From: Chara braunii
Lineage: Eukaryota > Plantae > Charophyceae
Direction of reading: 5' to 3'
NCBI GenBank assembly: GCA_003427395.1
Contig: BFEA01000016.1
Span: 3,984,377-4,037,658, forward strand
Length of the DNA: 53,282 nt
The position numbers and the translations under genes were made by a program. How positions within the stretch are numbered: the stretch's first letter is position 1; each line of letters starts with the position of its first letter. The notes under the pieces are model-generated. The model saw nothing but the letters and a program-made list of their open reading frames with translations. It had not been told where the DNA came from and did no database searches. This document shows positions 34,947-46,609 of the stretch, piece after piece.

Positions 34947-35069
34947 AGGTTAGCGACCGGGATGACGAAAGACTGACCGCAAAGGAACGGGGACGCAGTC
35001 AACAACAGGTTAGCGACCGGGATGACGTAAGACTGACCGCAAAGGAACGGGGACGCAGTCAACAACAGG
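34947..35069. repeat. 60 bp tandem repeat x2 upstream of LINE D ORF1
   Basis: aggttagcgaccgggatgacg(a/t)aagactgaccgcaaaggaacggggacgcagtcaacaac occurs twice. Confidence 0.95.
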
Positions 35070-35389
35070 GTCAAAAGTGGTGCGACAAGAAGGGAGAAGG
35101 GCCGAGAGAGAACAACAAGGAAAGCAGGGACGGCAAGAGGGCGGCGAGGAGGTGCTTGGAAGAGAAAGGAGGCGGAAACGAAGAAGAGAAGCCGGAGCGC
35201 GACAAAAGCTGATACACAGCAAGAGCTACCGACTTTCGACATACAGCGCAAGCCATCGGGTCAAGTGCCCTCCTACCTTTGGGGCCCCGGGGTAATCCCC
35301 CCGGCGAAGGAGGAGGGAAAAGCCTGGAGGTAAGAGATAAACCCCTCTAAAGACCTTGCGCCACCCCACCCCCCCCCGTCCCTAAGCTG

Positions 35390-35645
35390 AAGGATGCTTG
35401 CATGATTGACTGGATGATTGATGAAACAAGTAAGTCGGATGCGAATAAAAAATGAAGTGACGGAATAGGACTGGAGACGGACGCTGGGGACACAGTGTGA
35501 GAAGTGAGTGATTGGTTAACTAAACCCCCTCCAAAGCCCTGAGCCGAAAGATGCTTGTATGATCGACCGCCTGATCGACGAAATAATTAAGTCGGAATTG
35601 ATTAAAAAATGAAGTGACGGAATAGGACTAGAGATGGACGATCTG
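35390..35645. repeat. Diverged ~95 bp direct repeat (period ~158) upstream of LINE D ORF1
   Basis: gatgcttg(c/t)atgat...taagtcgga...taaaaaatgaagtgacggaataggact(g/a)gaga(c/t)ggacg occurs twice. Confidence 0.85.
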
Positions 35646-35973
35646 GGTTGGGGGTCCTCAACGGCACGGGAAGAGGAAGGATTGAAACAGCACGAGTATG
35701 TCGGCCGCGGGCAGGACGGGGGAACACAGTTGTGGATGGGTAAATAAGAACACACCCCAACAAGGAATTCGAGGCAGGTGAACACGTGAACAGAAGTTAC
35801 AACTGCGTCTATTTTTCTGCTTGCTCTCGGCAATCCCGGGACATCCACCCTTCTGCCACACTATGACTCACCTAAAATGTGAAGCGAGAAAGAAAGGAAG
35901 ATCACGCAGCACGATGATCTTCTACCATGGAGCCATGAGACACCCCGCGAAGAACACACGTGTACCCTCAGAG

Positions 35974-38820
35974 ATGGCGAAAGGTCATACAGGGGAAACT
36001 GAACCCTCCCCTTCAGACCTACTAACTGATATCATCCAGCAACAGGAACTTGCCGAAGCGAAAAAGAGAATTCAATCTCAAGCCTCACCGGCATCTTCCC
36101 CTTCCTCATGGGCGAACAAAGTTAGGCCATACAGCAAGGAATCATTACTGGTAAAAAGGTCGAAGGAAGGAGAGGATTTCCAAGATCTGGAAATACCGTT
36201 GGGAAATCTCACAACAGCAGCAGCGTTCTTCCTCACCAAATTTCTCGCTGGTTCGGAGGAGAAGCTCATTACCAAAGGAGGGAAGCAATACCGGGTCAAA
36301 ACACTCCCGGAGGAAAAGATTCAAACGCAAGATGAGCTATACACCCGTCATGCTAGTATGTGGGCGTTCTACGATGATGCGGCCTATAAATTGGCAAATG
36401 ATAAGGTAGGTTGGATCAGGAAACGACTAGCGACCCTCAAAGGGTCGGAGGAAGGAGCGGTGGAATTTTTCCTAATCCAACCTATCTCATCAACAGTCTT
36501 CACTGTGATCTGCATGTTTGACTCTGACAAACGTACAATGGACTATTGGCGGAGCATTCGTTGCGACAGATCAGAGGTAAGGATTTTCCCCTGGTCCCCG
36601 CCTCGTAAGCAACGCCCAGAAGAGAAGAGGGACCAACTCATGGCCGACTACTACTGCGTGGAGTTTAGACACGTTCCGATTGAGATTCAGGGGGCTTTTG
36701 TGCCGGATTTGGCACAAAAATATAACATTGTCGATTTCATCGACCCCCTGCCCCCTCACGTGGCTCGGCGTGACGACTTCCTCATGATCGCCCCCGATCT
36801 CCCAAGAGGCCATGTGTTTTTCATCAACGACATCATCATCTTCCGGATAGGAGGGAGGGAATTCAAGATCCACACGGCACACAAAACACGACCGTGGTGT
36901 TTTAAGTGTCGTTCCTACGGTCACCTCCTGATCGATCCGGAATAACCACATCATCCAGTATGAAGAATCAGGGCCACGGGTCGATTGCTGCGAGACCCTT
37001 TCGTAACGACACGATGGAGAACAGTCGACCCGGGCCACGAGGGATGGGTATATATAGACGACCTAAAGACGGGGGGGAACCGAGAGGGTGGGAATGGGAA
37101 AGAAAGGAACCACCAAATTGGGAAACAAAACCCACGGACCAATGGACCCCACCACGCTCAGTTGAGAAACACATGGAGGCACCTATCATTCCCAACCCCG
37201 CCCAGTCGGAAAAAGGGAAGAAAGGGGAGCCGGAACCACAAGATTTCACCCCCGGGCCGCAGGAATTAACCGAGATGTGGAAACAGCAGCCCTAAAAAAA
37301 ACCGCTGCAGACCAAAAACATAGCAAAGAATCCCCTCCCAGCAAAGGACAACGAAGCCAGGAAAGGAAATGGCAACCGTTTCAAAGTGCTGGACAACATA
37401 AATGCAGAGGAACAAACCCTGCAGTTGCAAGAGAAAGAAAAGGAAAGGGATGAAGAAGCGGAAAAGGAGGGCGAAAGAAATCAGATCAGAGACAGAGAGA
37501 GGGGGGGAAAACAGGCCAACCATGGAAAAAAGGGGTGCAGAAAGGGGGAAACCTGGGCTGGCGACAGGTGGCAACGGGACAGGAAGGACAAGAACGGGAC
37601 AGCAACTCGGCCCAAAAGGTGGGGGGGGACACTGGGATGCAAGGACCCTGGAAGGAAAAGGAAATTGAGAAATCCCTAACGAGAGTGGGAACAGAAAGGC
37701 AAGGTATGGTGGAGGCAAACGCAGAGACAATCAAAAGAGACAAGCCCCCCCTCGCAGCCACCCCCCACCCAGAACAGGAGCAAAGCACAACAGCCGAAGA
37801 CCCCTTTAGCCAGGCTTTCGGACCGCAACCCATGGACGTGGAACAACCAGAATGGCCACCCGAAATTGAAATGACGGATAGGGGCCCAGGGGGATGGGAC
37901 CCACTACACGGGGAGGGAGACATGGAATCCAAACTGAGAAATCTGGCAGATTGGCTGATCCACCAATTTCGACAGCAATACCCACATCACACAAGAACTC
38001 TGTGGGACGAGGGTTATGTTCAACTCTTCGCAATGATGGACAGGAGCTCCAGCTTGAAACAGATTTTGGATCTGGGCCCGCCAGAAGGAGCAAGTTGGCA
38101 ACTAGTCTTATACAAAGTATGGAGCATTGTGCAGCAACAGTTCCAACCCCTGGTACATGAAACCGGCACACAGTCCCCCTTCCCGAACATAGAGACAGAG
38201 GTACAAGCACAGACTGAGCAGACAGACCAGCCGCTGCAAATAGAACAACCCCCCCCACGCCTGCCTGACGAAACTTTGAAGGAAGGAACGACAGGGGAGG
38301 GTGTACTGAAAAGATCTAAACTACGCCACTTAATCGAAAAAGGACTCTACAGAGAAGATCCTGCACACAGCGATAAAGTGCTGGCCATTCCCATCCGGAA
38401 AAAAAAAACAGGTGGGAACTGGGATGCTCACCAGCAGAATCGGCGGATCCATATGCGCCTGCATACGGGGGGCTCACTCTACACGGGTGGCACCTGAAAA
38501 GAGAAGGGCCAATGCGGATCGATGAGGTTAAAAACTTCATAGCAAACAACTTCGAGCCAGGGGCTAAATCCACCCTCATCATAGCAGCAAAACATGTCAA
38601 GATTGCCTACAAGGATCTGTACATTTAGTTTGAAGGCAACAAGGAGGCAGGCCTGGTTTAGTACTCCCACGACATGTTACTAGAACCGCGGCAGCTCAAA
38701 GTAAAACCCAATGAGGTCTGGTCCGCTGAGGAACTGTTGGCCGCCCTATGCAAGCTGATGCGAATGGATGCTTTCAACGGGAATATCGAATGGGACCAGC
38801 TTCAGTGGCAGAACCTGTGA
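35974..38820 (+). pseudogene. LINE D ORF1 (~950 codons), frameshifted
   Basis: SSWANKV, YCVEFRHVP, PWCFKCRSYGHL, LADWLIHQF block, C-terminal domain ending LQWQNL*; start codon uncertain. Confidence 0.85.
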
Positions 38821-38834
38821 GCATAACCAACACA

Positions 38835-41800
38835 ATGGCTATATGGCAGAAATAAAGTTTGGAAGCAAGTGCTACAGTTAGCTGATCTGGACCTGAGATC
38901 CATAAATGTAAATGGATTGGCGTCACAAAACAGGGACAAAAACCAAGCCTTGTGGGACCTCATGCGGAGGTTGGGGGGAAGGGCCTGGCCAGACGTAGTG
39001 TGTGTGCAGGAAACCCACTTGATGGACACACCTGAACATCAGAGAGCGCACAACGACGCCTGGCCTTTCGAAGGGTACAGGGCACATACCCCGAGTCCCG
39101 GGCACGCGGGAGTAGCAATCTGGATACCGCCAGACTCGCGGTTTGAGGCAGTCTATTGGAAAACTGACAAGGAGGAAGGGAGATGGGCTATGGTGCTGGG
39201 AACATTAGAACTGGAAATGATATGTGTCCTGTCGATATATGCACCCAATTCCATAAGGGAAAGAAGGATCTTCTTTGAGAAAATCAAACAGATCCCTCCA
39301 CCAAGCATCCCCATCATTTTAGCTGGAGATTTTAACGCTGCACCGGATCGGTGGCTGGACCGATGGAGGATTACCCCCTCCACAGCGCACAACACGGAAG
39401 AGGACGAGGGACTCTTAACTTAACTATGCGAAACGCTAGAAATCTTCGATACCTTTAGGAGAGTGCACCCCACCGGCAAGACATTCACCTGCATTAGAAA
39501 CAACAGTCCCGAGCGACTTTCTAAATCAAGAATCGACTTGATCCTTGCCTCACACGAACTTGCAGGAGGGTTAACAGTACCGACAATACTACCCCTAAGC
39601 CCCTTTTCCCGGCTTGGACCACAAAATGTGCATAGCTGTGTTCACCTTTCCTAGACGGCCGGATAAAGGGCCGAGGTTCTACAAACTCAACACTTCACTC
39701 CTCAAGCTCCGCTCCTTCCGAGACTACTTAGCCCAAAGCTGGCAGTATTGGAAGGAGAGGAGGTCGGAACTGAACTCACAAATCGCCTGGTTTAATAATG
39801 GCCTTTTTTTATCACCAGAAAATGCAAAGAATACTCCAAAAGTGTGGCAGCACAACGCTTTCAACAAGAATTTGAAATTATGCAGCAATTTTTCGATCTC
39901 GAACAGCAAGAAAATTCGCATGTACAGGAACAAAGAAGCCCGACACTCCAGCACCAAATCGAGAACCTCCAAACCCGGCTGTCACAACACGCGCAATACA
40001 GATGGCAAGGAACCAGAATACGGGGAAGATTAACAACTCACACGACCGAAGGAACGATCGATTCCCGCTTTTCTAACTTAGCCAAAGCACAAATAAAACG
40101 TGCTACGATCGAAGCTCTCTATGATCCGGATGAACCAGAGGGGATGCCAACGTTGACAACAGCCCGCTGCATGAAGATCACACGGGACTTCTTCAAGGAT
40201 CTATTCTCAACCCACATTGATATCGCAGACAATGATACACGACACAGAATGATAGACGACTTCCTACTCCCTATGGAAAAAAGACTCTCCCAGAAACAAC
40301 GCGATCAATTGGAGGCCCCCCTCTCCAAACAAGAAATATGGACTGCACTCCTACAGATGAAGGAAGAAAAAACGCCCGGAATGGACAGTCTCCCTAAAGA
40401 GTTTTGGGAAACCTCCTTGGATTTTATGAGCGCAGATCTAATGGAGTACTATAACGAGGTTTGGAAAGGCGCTGAGATGGGGGAGATGGTAGGGCAAGGG
40501 GTGCTGACCTTACTGTATAAAAAGGGGCACAAATTAGATATCAAAAATTATTACGTTACTCACAGTCGTCTACAAGATGTTAGCCAAAGTTTTGGCCAAC
40601 AGGATGATTCCAGTACTGGAGGACATTATTCACCCGTCTCAGACTAGATTCATGCAGAACAGAGACATACAGGAAAATGTTCTGCTAGTGCATGAAATAC
40701 TACAGTTGACCGGGCACTCCCAGCACAACGTCGTGATCATCTTCATAGACTTTGAGAAGGCCTACGACCACGTAGACTGACTTTTTCTTGAAAAATGTCT
40801 GGAGAAGATGAATTTCAGACCGCACTTCAGAAGATGAGTCAGAATCCTCCACCAGAACGCAACGACATGCATACAGGTCAATGGGTCATTGGGACCCCCC
40901 ATTCGACTGGAACGGTCGGTGCGTCAGGGGGATCCTATCGCCCCCTTCTTATTTTTGATCATTATGGAAGCCCTGACGACAAACTTGCGGGCAAACAAGG
41001 ATATCTCTAGAATCCGGGTCTCCCACATCCCTGAAGAAGCGGTCCCGGTATGCTCCCTGTTTGCCGATGACCTAACGATAATGGTGGAGGCAACTCGGCA
41101 AAATATGGAGGAAATTCACCACATGATGGACAAATTTGCACAAATCTCTGATATGAAAATAAACTGGGGCAGCAAAACACAGGCTGGTGGATCCACTACC
41201 AAAGCGGCCGGCCCCCAGAGACACCAAGAATTAGGTGGTTACCGCTGGAGGCACCCCTACGAATTCTAGGGATAACCATGACTGCACAAGGCAAACCAAC
41301 CACAAATGATGCATGGATCAGCACCCCGGCCTTGAACAAATTGTCTGAATGGAAAAACAAACACACGTCAATCTTTGGGCGGGCCCTGATTCTAAACAAT
41401 GTGGTCTTTGCATCCCTCTGGTATAAATCTCTTCTCTGGCCCCTAAGCAAAAGGGCGTTAAAGGAATTGAAATCCAAGGCAACCGCCTTCCTTTGGCGAG
41501 GAGACAGCGAATGCACGCACGTGATCAGCAGGGTAGCATGGGATTCAGTCACACAACCGAAGGTAGGCGGTGGACTAGGGATCATCGACCCGACCATACA
41601 AAGTCAAGCGTTGCCACGTCAGTGGATCAAAAATCTGATCTTCTCGCCCCGAAGCCCCTGACCCCCCCTGGCCTTAGAACACCTGTCCCGTCTAGCACCG
41701 GAAACCCCCCGAGGGACCCACTCGCTGAGATGGATAGACAACAAGTTCAGGGCAATCCCGCGGAGGCTACCGAGGAGGCTGCCAGACCAGCAATACGGAG

Positions 41801-43765
41801 GGGAGCAGACGGGACGGCAAGAAGATGAGTTCTGGCCGGACCTACTTAAAACCTGGCGCAGACTCCCGCTTCCTGACAGACCAGACCCGGACCGTTGGGA
41901 GGAGGTCTTCCGCAAGCCCCTCTTTGGGAACAAAGGGATCACGGACACGCAAGGACGGGTAATGATGTGCTCGGCTTCTCCATGGGAAGGCTGGGTAAAA
42001 CGGGGGATCCTTCGAGTGGGAGACCTATGGGACTGCGAGAGAAAAAACTGGAAGGGGATAGAACAACTGAGAGCAACACTCCGATACTGTCATCACGCAG
42101 AGCGTCACTTAGATCAGATAATTGAAAGTATCCCCTTGGCATGGTACCAAATACTGAGACAAGGACCATCAATAAAAGAAGGGGACTGGGTAGCCCGCNT
42201 TGGACTAACAGGAAAGGTTGGTAGAGTACATATGACAGACACACAAAAAGCCTTGACAGAATACTACANTGTAGGACACAAGGGCACCCTCCAAGAAAGT
42301 AGAGACCCCTTCCAATGGGTGGACAAAACAGAGCTAATCAGAACCAGAGTGCTGGATGAAGGAAAGGGATGGTCAGCCTTCTATCCAGACAAAGACANTC
42401 GGGACCTGCCTTTTGACCCGGAAGAGTGGCNTTGGAAACTCCCACAAGGACAATCAGGGCATACCCCGAAATGGCTNTATTTACACAAACTGACAGTCAA
42501 ATCCACTTACAGAATGCTACGGCCCAAACGACACCTGAGGGACCAAATAAATGACCGTTGGGCCAGACATCTAAATGTGGACATCAATCTTCTCAANNNN
42601 NNNNNNNNNNNNNNNNNNNNNNNNNNNNNNNNNNNNNNNNNNNNNNNNNNNNNNNNNNNNNNNNNNNNNNNNNNNNNNNNNNNNNNNNNNNNNNNNNNNN
42701 NNNNNNNNNNNNNNNNNNNNNNNNNNNNNNNNNNNNNNNNNNNNNNNNNNNNNNNNNNNNNNNNNNNNNNNNNNNNNNNNNNNNNNNNNNNNNNNNNNNN
42801 NNNNNNNNNNNNNNNNNNNNNNNNNNNNNNNNNNNNNNNNNNNNNNNNNNNNNNNNNNNNNNNNNNNNNNNNNNNNNNNNNNNNNNNNNNNNNNNNNNNN
42901 NNNNNNNNNNNNNNNNNNNNNNNNNNNNNNNNNNNNNNNNNNNNNNNNNNNNNNNNNNNNNNNNNNNNNNNNNNNNNNNNNNNNNNNNNNNNNNNNNNNN
43001 NNNNNNNNNNNNNNNNNNNNNNNNNNNNNNNNNNNNNNNNNNNNNNNNNNNNNNNNNNNNNNNNNNGAATAACTGGCTGGTTGACCGTACACACTTGGAA
43101 CAGAGGGGGGAATTGTTACCATGGTGCAAACGCTGCTCTAATTGCTTCCCGTCACACAAGAGGGCTGAGACAATCGAACACGTGTTCATGCAGTGCCCGA
43201 TTGCCCAGTTCATTTGGAGAAGTTGGGAACGTATCTGAAAGAAGATGGGAACCTCAGCCCCCTGACCCTGGTCATGGCAGACGATACTGGCAGGTCACTG
43301 GCGACCAGTAGAAGATACCTCCACCTTCGAAGACAATATGTTCAGATTAGGGAGACGGGCAGTGTTATGGGCCTCATGGTGGCAACGATGCCTGCTTGCT
43401 CTAGATAAAATCCAAATAGATTCAGCAGAAATCATGGAACAAATAAAACAACAGATCCAGATGGAAATAACACAAAAATGGCAAACTTTGAAGCCACAAC
43501 TCAGAAAAAGGACATCAAGAAAGCAATCACTTCTTTCTGCCAGGAGTGGTTAGGAGGGGCAAGGGGAGGATGGATAGCAGAGGTAAAATGGAGCGGGGAC
43601 GACGACAGCTTAGACGACCACCAAGACTTAGAAAGGAAGAGGGACTATAAACTGCTGTTTAAAGACTGGCTGAATATTGAACCCTCATTTCCCCTATGCC
43701 CCCCTGCTACCTTCCTGGACCCCTTCCCGCCCCACCCCCTTTCCCTGACTGAGTACGTCACATAA
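38835..43765 (+). pseudogene. LINE D ORF2 (EN, RT, zinc knuckle), disrupted
   Basis: SINVNGL, VCVQETH, SIYAPN, ILAGDFNA, SRIDL, DFEKAYDHVD, VRQGDP, LFADD, WCKRC...ETIEHVFMQC. Confidence 0.95.
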
Positions 43766-45360
43766 AGGAAAAGAGGTGGCAGTCCGGTGCCCCCCGGACA
43801 CGACCACACGCACGGGTGACAGGTGGCAGCCTAGGGACAATTCAACGATAACCCCCCTAGGGAGGGAGGGAGGTCAGACTGTAGAGGCAAGAGCAGAAGC
43901 AACAGTCCTCTTGGCAGTTGCAGTTTCAGTCCTATTAACAAGCCGATCAGAGTTCATGAACTACGACAAGAGTAGAAGCAACAGCCTTCTTGGCAGCTTT
44001 GGCAGCTTCGGTTCTATTACAAATCTCATTTCAATCTGAGTTCATGAACTACAACATAGCTACAGCACAGGGGGAAGGAAGGACTAATGCATACGTGACG
44101 AATCTGGCGCCGAACTCAGGCGAAGAGGTCTGCCCATTCTCCCAACACCCTGCTTGGTCAATCCCCTGGACTCCAGGGTAATCAATGCTGGCAGGAATTC
44201 TCCACCACTATGTCCCAGACAATTCCATATGATTTCAATCTTTGGTTGGTGTAAGGGACGCTGGACCCGTTTTCCAGCAGGTGTTGCTCCCCACCAATAG
44301 ATGGAGCCCCCCTCAAGTGTTAGTGGTGTCTGCTTTTACCAGCACCACTAACACCGACAGGGAGTTTTTTCAAAAAAAATAAATAAAAAAAAATACTGCC
44401 GCGTCCAGGTAGACAGACAGAGAACCTTCCCCAGCCTGATGAGCGTTATTCGTGAATATAAGTGAAAGCTACGATGGGTGGTGCACGTGTTTGGCGGGCG
44501 TACTTCCCAACAGACTTCTAAACGGGCTGCCCTTTGGACATATGTTTTTAACTTTTTTTTGTATTTTTTTTCTCACTCGTGCTTGCTGGTGCTAACCAAC
44601 CTCGGGGCCATGTCCCACCTCTCAAGGTTTAGTTCGGGTTTCGAGTATACACGGCTCCTTTTTTTCCTTTTTTTTTTTTGATAAAAAAAAGTCCAGGGTG
44701 TTGTAGAGGTCGGTTTCCGGACCCACGACAGGTACCTATCTACAGTCAGCAACTAATTTATGGGACCCAGACCATCCTATCTTGGAGGATCCCCCTCAGA
44801 CAGCCCCTACTGCAGGTTCCCCAACGATTTCCTCCACCAGAGTCTGTCTACTAACAGCCCTCTTTTTTTTTTTTTTTTTTTTAACTTCGCATGTGGGAAA
44901 ACCTACTTAACGAGGTGATAAGAGCACCCCCGGTAAGTAGGCCCCTGCGTCGAAGACTCCATCTATTGGTGGGGAGCTGCACCTGCTGGAAATTGGTTCC
45001 AGCGTCCCTATACAAGATATGATGTGCATCAGCTGGAAATCGGGTCCAGCGTCGCTATTCAGTGATATGAGGAAATATCATTGTGATGTGTATGAGCTGG
45101 AATTCGGGACCAGCCTCCCTATTATGTGTTCACACCAACATCTCAGAAAAGAGCCGAGGCATTGATTACTTCCCTGCGTAAGGGTAGGATTGACCTCCAA
45201 CTCTAATGTACTCTAATTACCATGTATTCCCTACCTCCAAGTGTAGCATGGCGTACACGTGTACAAAAAAATGCATGTGAAAATGGTAAAAATGAAAAAA
45301 GCCATCTATCAAGGTAACAAACATATGTAAAATCAGGAGACTCAGAGTCTAAAAATTACT

Positions 45361-45866
45361 TCAAAAGACAGCAATCCTAGCGACCCCTCGACCATTACCC
45401 ACCCCACCCACTGAGACAGTCCATGCTCCGTCGGCTGTAATCAATAGGGGGCAATCAACCACCCAATCCCCTCGCGAGGCCAAACTTCGGAGCATGGACG
45501 AAAGTAAAGCCATGCTGACCTCGCGGGGTGAAAAAATGAAATTCGCCCAAACCTCCGCAAATTCCAACTGAGCTGCCTCCATGCTGACGAAGATTGAGCG
45601 TTGCCGCTGTAGCAGACAACACTGTCCTTAGTGCTGGTGTCTGCGATCGCAATTGCCAGCCTGTCTGCCTCTTTTTTTTTTCTTTTTTTTTTTTTTTGAA
45701 AAAAACAAGCTCCATCTATTGGTGGGGAAACCGGGTCCAGTGTCCCATAGATACAACGATATCATCACAAATTGGCACAAACTGGGAACCGGGCCCAGCA
45801 TCCCTGTCTGCCTCCTCACCCTCCGCACTTGAGTCGTTGTCGTTGTTGTTGTTGATGTTGTCATCG

Positions 45867-45898
<32 letters not shown>

Positions 45899-46609
45899 GA
45901 TTATGGCGGATGTTGTATTTGCCAGCGCTGTCCGATCTGCCTCCTCAATCGCTACATGCAAACCGCCGGCCGTCATGAGCGTCCTCCCTACAAACCCTCC
46001 AGTGAGCAACCCCCCATCCCGCTCATCCAACCCGGAGGACCAAGCCTCCATTAATTCACACGCATCCCGACCCTTGCAAAAAAGGGCTTTGCAGGCCGCC
46101 AGCTCANCCTCCGCCCTCCNCCAATCAATGTNAGGTTCAAGCCNGGGATCTAGCCCCTCCTCCAGCTCCTCCAGCTCCCAGATTATGTCTGACATGAGTT
46201 GTGAGCGATGATCCACCCATTCGGCCAGGGGGAACGCACCCCCTTCAATCGCCCGCAGCTCCTGAGATCGCTGAGTCAGCTCACCCACCGTCTCCTGCAG
46301 CTGCTGATGGGCCACCGCCAAGATGTCAAGCCACACCGCCGCGTCCCGTTGTAGTATCCCCTCCGCATCCATCGCGCTTCTAATGAAGATAGTCAATAAT
46401 TTGGCCGGCACTTCCCCTATACACACGTCGTCCTCCTTCGAAACAGCCACGTCACGCACGACAATACTGCCACGTGTCGGATGAGTCAACAGGCCCGACA
46501 ATTTGGGAGAGAAAAACCTCCCCAGGTGCTGGTTGAGCCAGGTGCAACCGAGCCGTGTCGGTTGGCTGGCGCAGGCTGCTAGCGCTAGCGCGATTCCACT
46601 AGCATGTTC
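45361..46609 (-). pseudogene. Disrupted ORF of unknown function (acidic, helical, with a poly-Asn tract)
   Basis: Frame open from 46609 to the insertion at 45802 (~270 codons) and continues once the insert is removed; probable frameshift near 45630 into MEAAQLEFAEVW...RIAVF*. Confidence 0.55.
45672..45802 (-). mobile_element. 131 bp 5'-truncated family E tail
   Basis: TSD cctgtctgcctc at 45660-45671 and 45803-45814; matches 16211-16349. Confidence 0.9.

Larger units (their letters stand above)
35974..44393 (+). mobile_element. LINE copy D, near full length (5' UTR limit unresolved, possibly back to ~34620)
   Basis: ORF1, ORF2, a ~600 bp 3' UTR with hairpin module at 44256-44365, and poly(A). 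Confidence 0.95.
44863..46609 (-). mobile_element. Element I: 5'-truncated retroelement with a non-RT ORF and LINE-type 3' UTR
   Basis: Candidate TSD ctact(a/t)aca(g/c)ccctc (13/15) at 44848-44862 and 46610-46624; family hairpins at 44883-45197; poly(A) at 44863-44882. Confidence 0.7.

Noticed and set aside
35257-35320. Possible HDV-like ribozyme upstream of LINE D (ccc-tcctaccttt-ggg, P4-like stem, ggcgaa)
   Set aside because: P2 and a full P1 cannot be paired consistently
44437-44470. Hammerhead-like CTGATGA-stem-GAA
   Set aside because: GAAA core is imperfect and no stems I/III with an NUH site were found
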